Shown: in pieces, positions 54,191 through 64,000 of the stretch
Position numbering within the stretch: the first letter of the stretch is position 1
How the letters are laid out: each line of letters begins with the position of its first letter
NCBI GenBank assembly: GCA_951406725.2
Contig: OX597814.1
Span: 179,862,001-179,926,000, forward strand
DNA from: Octopus vulgaris
Lineage: Eukaryota
Reading direction: 5' to 3'
Length of the DNA stretch: 64,000 nt
Notes under the pieces: generated by a model
What the model was told of the DNA's origin: nothing
Database searches by the model: none
The model's input: the letters and a program-made list of their open reading frames with translations, nothing else
Program-made: the position numbers and the translations under genes

Positions 54191-54351
54191 TTATATATCG
54201 ATTGTTGCCATAGCATCGAAGCTAAAACACGCAATATAAAGACATTTGGCATATATTGACCTTCAGCTCTGCTCTGGATGTGCACTAGGTTTTAACATTC
54301 TAGCTCACTTCCTCTGTTTACACCAATGCTTGGAAGGAACGAGTGTAGCGT

Positions 54352-54555
54352 GTGATCGTCACAGTGACTACGATAGAGAAAGATGAGCAGAGAATCTGCA
54401 TCAAATTTTGCCAAAAGCCTGGCGATACCTGCTCAGAGGCCTACGCAAAGTTGCAGAAAGTGTATGGAGAGGAGTGTATGAGCCGTATACATGTGTACGA
54501 ATGTTTAAGACGTCCCCAAGATGGCCGAAAAATTATCGATATTGACGAACGTTCA
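54352..54555 (+). pseudogene. Mariner transposase N-terminal HTH fragment
   Basis: EQRICIKFC..GDTCSEAYAKLQKVYGEECMSRIHVYE..RR..DGR...D.ERS. Confidence 0.8.
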
Positions 54556-54970
54556 AAGGAACAGAAGCCGTTAGAACGAAAAGAGCGTCTGTGAGTGAGT
54601 GTTAGTTGCAATATTCGTGATCAAGTCTTTGACAATTAATTTATCACACCCACAAAGTGTTTGCTAATGTCAAAATGATGAACGAACGACATGAAGTACT
54701 GAATTAACAAAATTAAAATATTAAAACATAACATATTTAATTAAATAATTCGGTACTACGTAAATTTCATTTATTTATGAAGAATATGATGGCTTTAACA
54801 TGAATAACACGGGAGAGCAAAGGAATGGATAAAAATATAAAAAAAAAAATACGGCGGGTTATTCTGTGCGTAAGATTGTAATTGTGAATAGTTAATAATT
54901 CGTTATGTGATTTTGGTTGTTTTTATGGTGCTTAGAAGGAGTGGTAGTAGAAGTAGTGTTGATGATGTAA

Positions 54971-55019
54971 TTGCGATACAATAGGTAGTGAGTTTATTTA
55001 TTTTGTTGTTGTGAAAATT

Positions 55020-55067
<48 letters not shown>

Positions 55068-55114
55068 TTTGCGATACAATAGGTAGTGAGTTTATTTTTT
55101 TTGTTGTGAAAATT

Positions 55115-55161
<47 letters not shown>

Positions 55162-55295
55162 TGCGATACAATAGGTAGTGAGTTTATCTTTTTTGTTGTG
55201 AAAATTGTAGTAGTAGTAGTAGTAGTAGTATTTGCGATACAATAGGTAGTGAGTTTATTTAGTTTGTCATGAAAATTGTAGTAGTAGTAGTATTA
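54971..55295. repeat. Four-unit minisatellite with variable embedded (TAG)n
   Basis: ttgcgatacaataggtagtgagttta at 54971, 55069, 55161, 55232. Confidence 0.9.
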
Positions 55296-55375
55296 GTATT
55301 GGTGATGGTGATTGTGGTGGTATAGCCAGTGGATTCCATTCAACTTTTTGTTGTTACAGCAGTATTATTTGTGAC

Positions 55376-55448
<73 letters not shown>

Positions 55449-56776
55449 ATAATAGTTCCGTTCTTTCTTTTTTTTGTCATTCTAATTTTTATTTTAAGAA
55501 CGTAAAGACGCAACAAAAATCAACACTTTCAAATTGCTTGAATATTCGACAACTACTGTTGGAAGAAGAATTCTTGTTATTTAAGCTGTTTTGCTATAGT
55601 CAGCTTCGTGTTTGTTCATGATTTTCTTACATATGTTCTGATAATTTTATTTTAAATTCTGTTATTTATTTATTTATTCATTTATTTATTTTGGCTTCCA
55701 TTATTTGATTTTTTTCTGTGTTAAATACATTTGTTTTCTTTTATTAGTAAATTCAAGAAAAATTAATTAAAATAATTTTGATACATTATGAGAAAAAAAA
55801 ATTGAATTTTCTATCGGTTGCCAATTCTGCTTTTTATTATTATTATTATTATTATTATCATTATTATTATTATTATTATTATTGTATTTCTTTATTTGAA
55901 TTCATATTACTTTTATTTATTTGTTATTTATTTATTTAGAGAAAAAATTTCCTTATGATAAAGTTATTTTATTGATTTCTAAAAATTACTTCAAAATTCT
56001 ACATTTGCATGTATTTCCTTTTTTATTTTTGTCATTCTTTACTTTTCTTTTCTATTTACCTTCCTCTCTCTCTCTTCTTCCTTCTCACTCATCTTCTGTC
56101 TCTATCTTTCCCTCTCCTTCTGTCTCTGTATCCCTATATTTTTCTCTTTCTTTCTCTCTCCTCTCTCTCTCTCTCTCTCTTTCTCTCTCTTTTCTTTCTC
56201 TGTTACACTTTATTTTTTTTTTACTGGCATTTGGTATATTTCAATTTTTAGCTGTTTTAACACTGGGATATTTGTATATTCTGAATATTGCATTTCGATT
56301 ACTCGTCATTATTTAAGCAATAAATAAATATTAAAAATAAATAAATATGACAAATAAACACAAATAATTTGTTTCCTGAAGCTCTCATTGATCTTTCATA
56401 ACGAAAGGGCAATGAAATAGCTGATACCCTACAGCCTGGGACTATATATGTCTTAAGTGTTCAGTTTCGTCTTCCTATAATCTGAATCTAAATCAAGTCT
56501 TGATCAATAAAATAAAGTCGAATTAATTGAAATCAAACTCATAGCCCTATTTTAATAAAAGAAATCCCAGCAATCCTTATTGTAACACAGTGACAGATAA
56601 CAGATTAACTGGATCAGTGAAGGAAATTAAGCTGTCACCGGTTTTAACACTACTTCGTGGACCTTGAGTGCCTTTAACAGCCAAATTTGACCATATTTGA
56701 TCCGTTTCTTCTACCATTATCAGGAATCCTAAAAGGTGTCACTTGTGCTATTTTGTTACGTCGCTTAACTGGTAAA

Positions 56777-57160
56777 GGCGCATAGCCTAGGGATTAATGG
56801 TTTTGTACTCGCGATCGCCAGATCGTGGGTTCGATTGCCGGAATGGGTGGTGTGGTGTTGTGTGTTCTTGAGCAAAACTCTTAATTTCACGTTGCTCTAG
56901 TGTTATATGGGGAGCGGCATGGGATAAAAATAGACCCAATATTTCTACCACGGTCGTAAGAGGCGACTAAAATTTGAACTCCGACCTCGTAGAACTCTCA
57001 TCAGCAACGACTACCTATAAAAGACCCATGTTGGAGAGTTGACACCTGAGTAGTGCAATGACGTCATCTGTCAAGAGAAGGGTATCACCAATAAGAGGTG
57101 GATGGAGCAACACGCTGTTACAGCACATGACCCCATACTAATACTACTACTACTACTACT
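56777..57160 (+). mobile_element. tRNA-headed SINE with cgtaagaggcgactaa domain and (TAC)n tail
   Basis: gggttcgattgcc B box, ttcttgagcaaaac body, tail repeat. Confidence 0.55.
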
Positions 57161-57591
57161 TAATTTCTGAGCTAAAATTCAACACATTCACACTTGCATA
57201 TCTCATTCGTTGAAAAATATGCCGGTAGGACACAGGGGGGAAACTTTACGAGTAAAAACAGCAGCCTAATCTCGCTCAAATTGTTCTTCAATCTCAAAAG
57301 AGTAAAGACGTTATATTTGACTTCCTCGGAATCACACCCTGTCTTTAAAAAAACCCAGAAAGGACAAATCTTACATACAATCAACGGCACTACAAATAAA
57401 CCTACCCTGTCTGAAGAGACGAGATGTTCACGCCTTGAATGCTTTTGACCGTTTATGTCTCTTCAGGGATGATATTTGGGGTGGAGTGGGGACCTATTAG
57501 ATCGTCTGAAGGACAAACTGAAATATGTAGACAAACTAAGTGCTGCAAAAATATGGGATAATCATATTTGTCATATTTACTTTTTTTATGT

Positions 57592-57895
57592 GAAGGCACA
57601 ATGGCCCAGTGGTTAGGGCAGCGGACTCGCGGGCGGAGGATCGCGGTTTCGATTCCCAGACCGGGCGTTGTGTGTGTTTATTGAGCAAAAACACTTAAAA
57701 GCTCCACGAGGCACCGGCAGGGGGTTGTAGCGACCTCTGTTGTAATCTTTCGCCACAACTTTCTCTCACTCTTTCTTTCTGTTTCTTGAGTAACGCTGCG
57801 ATGGACTGGTGTCCCGTCCAGCTGGGGGGCAATATATACGTCACAGAAACCGGGAAACCGGGTCCATAAGCCTGGCTAGGCTTGAAAAGGGCGAC
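57592..57895 (+). mobile_element. SINE family B
   Basis: Head near-identical to 7232. Confidence 0.8.
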
Positions 57896-58624
57896 GTTTA
57901 TCGTTATTTATATATTTTTGCACCATTGATCATAAATCCGACGGATCGGAGTTAAACTAGAATAGTAAAATTTTGCCCAATGCTTCACTCTTTATCACAA
58001 TTAAAAGATGACAATTAAAATAAATTTGCTGCCATATCTAATATATTCAGGTCAACTCTAATAAGACACATCTACGATTAAAGGAGTCGAGCTTTTTCGT
58101 TTGGATAGAGATTCTAGAGACGCATGATTCAACTATTCAGTTTTTAAGAATGTAGGATGCAATTTTGAAGGGGATTTAACCATTATTTCGAGCAGATGGC
58201 GTGATCGTTTAATAGTTGAACTCTTGATGAAACCATGAAATTCTAAGATCTGGTGAGCTAGTTTCCTGTATTTGTTTTAATTTGGAAATATACAACTGTA
58301 CTGTACAATCCAGATCACATATATTGATGCGAACGTGTACGTATGAAAAAAGGTTGCGAAACAGTAGGAATCCTATGGAAGTCACGGAATTAAATAAATC
58401 TATATTCGCCCCGCATACCTTCTGACTTGATGTTATTTTTTTATATATATGTTATTTTTTATATTATATAGAATAATATTATCGGAATATCTGAATTACC
58501 ATTTACATGGGTACTTTACATTGCGCTGTAATTGTTTATTTTGTGGCCTGATAGCTGAGTCAGTACGAGGACCTTATTGTGATAGCCGAATACTTTTCTG
58601 AATCCATATCTTATACAATCCATT

Positions 58625-58741
<117 letters not shown>

Positions 58742-59432
58742 GTATTTTTATACCGTATAAATATATAGAATTGTCAGTTTCATATGATATTCAACAGGAT
58801 TATTGACTTCAAAACTTATAATTTAAAAGTAGAATTTAGCCCAAATTCAGCTTGAAATGATATAGTAGCATGCAGTATTGAAAAGTAGCATATTCCTCAT
58901 TTCAAGCTGAATTGACAACCCTGCAAGCCAAGAAATTTTACTGATTGAATCCTTTGTATTTATTAATTGACGATGCAAATTTCCTCAGACCTCAAAGAGT
59001 TATATATATATATATAGTTGGCTGTTTAAGCTCAAGTTTTCCGTTCCTTTGTATCAAGATATATAAAATTGTTTCTATTCAGTATCTGGATGGATTTACT
59101 AAATAAATTGAAGAGTAAGTGGACGCTTTATTGTACTTAAATTGCACGTGTCATGTTCACAAATAACTGATTTCTGTTCCCAAGTATTTTCCGTTTACCC
59201 TTCATCAATAGAGTAGATACTGCGAAATGCTGCAGCTGGTCCAAATGTTAGTCAATATCCACCTCAGTACAACTAGATCACTGAAGCGCGAATATAAATA
59301 GATATTATAACTTGCATATGAGAAGGCAGGAGTAGTACAGCACTCTTCAGGATATTATTACTATGTCCCTTTATTAAATATTGATTTTTAAATTTTATTT
59401 CGCTTGCGCCATATTCTTGCGACTATTATATA

Positions 59433-61075
59433 CTAGCAGTGGTACCCGACGTTGGTCGGGGTGTGAACACTTCGTCATTCTAAGAACACTTATTTTCTAG
59501 TCTAACGACCAGCATTGCCGTACTGAATTCCATTCCAAAATGTACCAAAATTCACAAAAACGTACAAAATATTTTTGAAATGTGTCACAACCGCAAAAAT
59601 AAAGAAAACGCCGGTTTTTTCTTAGAAAATTTAAAATATATGGGTGTGTAATGACTTGAAATTGATGAAAATACATATAAAAAAGAAAGAATATTGAAAT
59701 TCAAAATCTGTAAAACGTATAATGTAGTCAATTTTTCAGTAAACATATACAAAACTTTACTACACGAAGAAAATTTTGAGAGAGAAAATCGGTTGAAAAC
59801 TGCTGAAGTTTTTAGAGAAAAACCCATGTAAAATAACGCTTTTCACGTCTTCTTGCTATAAGCGGGAGCTTTGGACAAAATGTTATAGTGCATGACCAGC
59901 CTTGGCACATCGGCAATGCGTGTGTAAAGTTTGGTGAAAATCGGTTGAAAGCTGTAGAAATGTATACACACTACACAGACACAGACACACAGACATTTGT
60001 TGGGAGAATGTACAAATACCGTAAAGACAAAAATATTTCCGCACAACAAAATTGAAATATATTGAAATCAATTTTTAGACAGTTGTGGCAACACTGAATT
60101 GAAATACATTGGGTGAACAAAAATGAAGAATAACAATTATTTTTCAGAGAGAACGTACAAAACCATAGGAATAGGGATTTTTACGCACAACTAATAGAGA
60201 ATGAAGTCAATTTGTAGACAGAACTTGCTAAGTTCGTTTGAGAGTATAAAGCTCTAGAAGAAAATAGCTTCAGTGAAAAAAATTGAGCCGCTGTAGGATA
60301 GCTTTTTCTAACGCATCACAGCTCAGTGAGGTGATTGAAATCTCGTTAGTTAGTAATAAAGGCTTATCGGCGGTCATACGTACGCATGCACGATGGCACG
60401 CCCAACGGTTTTTGATAGAGGGAGAAATGTAAATGGCGTATTTAAATAGACGGAGTGCAAAAAAATCAAAATAAGTAAAGTTATGTTGTAGGGAGAACGT
60501 ACAAATACCGTAAATACAAAGATGTTTATACACGAAAAGAATTGAAATACACGGAATCAATTTTTAGGCAGATGAGGCAAAACTGCATTTAAACACATTG
60601 GGTGATCAAAAATTAAAAATAACTCAATTATTTTTCAGTGAGAACGTACAAACACCGTAAGAACAGATATTTTTACGCACGACTAATTGAAATACACGGA
60701 AGACAATTTATAGACAGACGTTAGTGTGTGAGTGAGTTAAAGAGAGAGAGAGAGAAAAACAGACATAGACTAAAAGAGATGAACTATTACAGGGGGTGAG
60801 AGAGAATATGTGTAAGCAAGAGAAACAGAGAATGAAAAAAAGAGAGAGAAGAGAAAAATAAACAGAGAGAGAAAAAGAAGAGAATCGGTTAAAAGTTTTT
60901 AGAGAAAAAACGTGTAAAACATCGTTTTTCACGGTTTCTGGCAAAATGTTATAGTGCATGACCATCCATTGTACATAAGTAATGTGTGTAAAGTTTGGTG
61001 AAAATCGGTTGAAAACTGTAGAAATGCATACGTACTACACACGCAGACATACACACGCAAACATTCATTTATATA
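59433..61075 (-). mobile_element. Non-autonomous Helitron (reverse) with internal duplications
   Basis: CTAG at 59433-59436, hairpin cccgac-gttg-gtcggg; 5'-type end tatatataaatgaatg..cgattttcaccaaacttt; 59800-59990 resembles 60880-61050 and 60000-60220 resembles 60490-60715. Confidence 0.7.
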
Positions 61076-61096
61076 TATATATATATATATATATAT

Positions 61097-61290
61097 GAAG
61101 GGAAAGTTTAACGAAAATAAACAAAAGACGAAGGCAGGTGGAGTACAAACAAACAAATGTATTAGTATAGCGCTCAGGAATAGAAAAAGTCTTTTACGTT
61201 TCGAGCCTACGCTCTTCGACAGAAAGATACACAGAAAAAAAACAAGGAGAGAAAAAAATGCGTGTAGGAGCTAACGATCTACCATGACGT
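61097..61290 (-). mobile_element. Penelope-like terminal (pLTR) fragment with hammerhead
   Basis: Homologous to ~9495-9610; abuts (TA)n. Confidence 0.7.
61190..61227 (-). ncRNA. Minimal type I hammerhead motif, CUGUCGA variant core
   Basis: tcttt-CTGTCGA-a-gagc gtag gctc-GAAA-cg-TA-aaaga. Confidence 0.6.
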
Positions 61291-62252
61291 TACTAAAGGC
61301 TTTTATTTCCATGTAGCTAGGTTTTGTAAGATTAAAACAATTGTATTATCTCAATATATAAAGGGATCTTTGCAAATTACATTTCTAAACTATCTTCTTT
61401 TATAACTTTTCTTATTCTTTCGCTGACTTTTATCCTCAGATGAAATATTTTACTTGTAGGAGGAAGAATCGGAATAAGAAGAGAAAGCAACAGAGACGAG
61501 AAATAGAAAATATGAATTGAGGGATATTGATAATGTTGAAGCGTTAAAAATACATATAATATTAACAGTGTGACAGTACATTGCTGCATTATAGTATCAA
61601 CTGAAGAGGTAAAAAGAGATCAAACATTTATGATTGGCAATATCAATCTATTTTATTTAAATCCAAAGGATGTGCAGTTTGAATTATTGCAGATTAATAG
61701 AAGATAAGGATGTTCAATTTGATAGAATGTTCAATTTGAATTATTGAAGATTAATGGAAGATAAAATATTGGCGATGAAAATGGATGGATGCAGTCGTGT
61801 GGAGAAATGACTTGGATAAGTGTTTAGTACATTAAATTATGGATTGTGAGAAAATCAAATGAACATATCTACTATGTTGATCAATCAATCGCGATGATAT
61901 ATAGCAGAAAACATCGTCTGTGGTAAAAAAAAAAAACTTCAGCCATACTGTTTCATCGTAAAACAGATTGCCAACGTCCAAGTAATATAGCATCTTAATC
62001 ACATACACTTTTTTTAATATCAGCAATTTAATATATTTTATAGAATATACTGCAAAATTCTTGTCGCATTCAACGAAAAGTGCTGCAATATATCTCACAG
62101 GAGCTTGTTGACAAGAGTTACAGTGAGAACCTAACTTAAACATTTGAACCTAATTTATGAAGCCGTATTTATTCACTTAGCTGATTACTCACATTTCTCT
62201 GTATTCTTTGTCTCCTGTTTTATTATATTGTTTATATAACACTAATGGATAT

Positions 62253-62379
<127 letters not shown>

Positions 62380-63279
62380 TGTATATATGTATGTATGTAA
62401 ACGTGTTTGTGTGCGTGTATCAGGGACTACATTACTACAATGTGTTTTTTTTTTTAGGGAGAATTGGCTGCATTTTGTAGGTTGAGTAATCACGTAAAGT
62501 CCCAAACAACCTCTGATGTTGAGAACACACTCCACAAAAGAAAAATCATAAAAAGACTCAGAAAATTAAAATCATATAACCTAATTCTAGAGTCAGAAAT
62601 CAATATTATATTTTATGCATCCTTCTCGGTTTCACTGCCAAGTGAACATGACAAAGAATGAGTCAGGAGCACATGACATCATTTTATAAGTATAGTTGAT
62701 CCGATATATAAGCCAATTGAACAACCATATAGTTGAAAACGAATACATAGTTGATAATGTAAATTGTCCGCTTGGTCGTTCTACAACGATGCTATCAAAC
62801 TAATAAGTTCTCGAATGTGTATTGTCTTGAACAGATATTCAGAATGTTAAACGTTATTTCACAAAAGCCACACTTTGATAAGGTTCCCTCAGTGTGGTAG
62901 TTATAGCGTTCAAGAAGAGCATTCAAGAAGATATAAAAGTAACGTTCAGTTGTTTCTCGCTAAATTTATTCAATATTTCGTCAAAGTTAATAGGAAACCT
63001 AAGATTTAGTAAATTAAATACTTCTTGATTTTCTCAGCTATTGAATAACTTAATCACTTTTTATCTGGTATTTTCATCTCTATTTCCATACGGTTTAATG
63101 TATTCAGAATATAAAATAGGAATTTGCATCATACAATTTTAAACTAACTAATCTAACAGCTGATATCTAAATTATGTTTATATCGATTGTATGTTAATTG
63201 GAAATACAGTGCGTTTTTATTGCTTCCATTTTTAGCATAGGAACAGAGTCACATTAAATTGTAGTCAAATTTGGATATA

Positions 63280-63820
63280 CAGTGGTTGGACAAAATAATG
63301 GAAACACCTGAAAATTTCAAACAAATTTATTTTGATATGGGGTAGGACCACCTTTGGCAGTGATTACAGTCTGAATTCTACGAGGTATGGACTCGTAGAA
63401 AGCTTCAATTGTTTGCAAAGGAATTTATGTCCATTCTTCAGCTAAAACAGTATCCAGTTCTTGTAGTGATGATGGTGGAGGATATCAACTCCTTAATTGT
63501 TTTTTTATTACTAAAATACACCATAAATGTTCAATAATATTGAGATCTGTGAACTATGGTGGCCAGATAAGATGTTCCACTTCACTAGAATGTTCTTCGT
63601 GCCATTCAGTAACGACTTTAGCTATGTGAATTGGTGCAGATTAAATGCTTAGATAGTCTTGGCCATTAATTCTGCCATGAAAGGAAACCATTGGGCTGGC
63701 GGATTTCCAAGATAATAGCCCCCTCCCCAGATCATCACAGAACCTCTTCTGTGTTTAACAGTTGGAAAAAACCAGTCTGGGTCAAATGCTTCTTTTGGTT
63801 GTCTCCACACGTATACTGGA
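63280..63820 (-). mobile_element. Tc1-like transposon 3' end with decayed transposase C-terminus
   Basis: TA-CAGTGG terminus at 63280; minus translation WPP*FTDLNIIEHLW. Confidence 0.75.
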
Positions 63821-64000
63821 GAACTAATCCTTCAGATCTCCACCCCTTAAGGATGATTCGATCAGAGAGTACGCAATTTGGCGTTTCACACAGGTGAAAT
63901 GATTCTAAATATCTTATCCCTGTTATTGTATGTAGAATAAGACATGAAAATCAAAAACGAAATTGTAAGTATTCATCAACTAATCTAAGTAAATATGAGT

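Noticed and set aside
54971-55295. CRISPR array
   Set aside because: Eukaryotic context, spacers are (TAG)n, no cas genes.
57410-57470. ctgaagagac/gtctcttcag inverted repeat resembling HHR cores
   Set aside because: No GAAA in the correct place and no stem I on either strand.

Overview
AT-rich animal (eukaryotic) genomic DNA made almost entirely of microsatellites and transposable-element debris. The tRNA-derived SINE families and the (TA)n/(CA)n/(TAA)n/(TATG)n density resemble an octopus (coleoid cephalopod) genome; this is inference from recall, not a database search. I could not support any host protein-coding exon, and most listed ORFs are microsatellite read-throughs. Recognisable elements: about 20 SINE copies from 4 families, a full-length decayed mariner with TIRs and TA TSD, hAT, Sola2-like and Tc1 fossils, Tigger-like and hAT MITEs, four non-autonomous Helitrons, R4/Dong-type LINEs in (TAA)n, RTE and other LINE remnants, a 113-bp solo LTR inside a SINE, and several Penelope-like (GIY-YIG) fragments. 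The main discovery is a set of hammerhead ribozyme (HHR) motifs. The best is an intact type I HHR with an unusually long stem II (minus strand, 21611-21717). It lies in a non-coding 494-bp unit with a perfect 118-bp terminal redundancy abutting (TA)n, the architecture expected of a retrozyme-like element copied from a circular RNA. A second long-stem-II HHR, variant-core HHRs (CUGUNGA, UUGAAAA), a possible type II HHR and many long fold-back palindromes at (TA)n tracts also occur.
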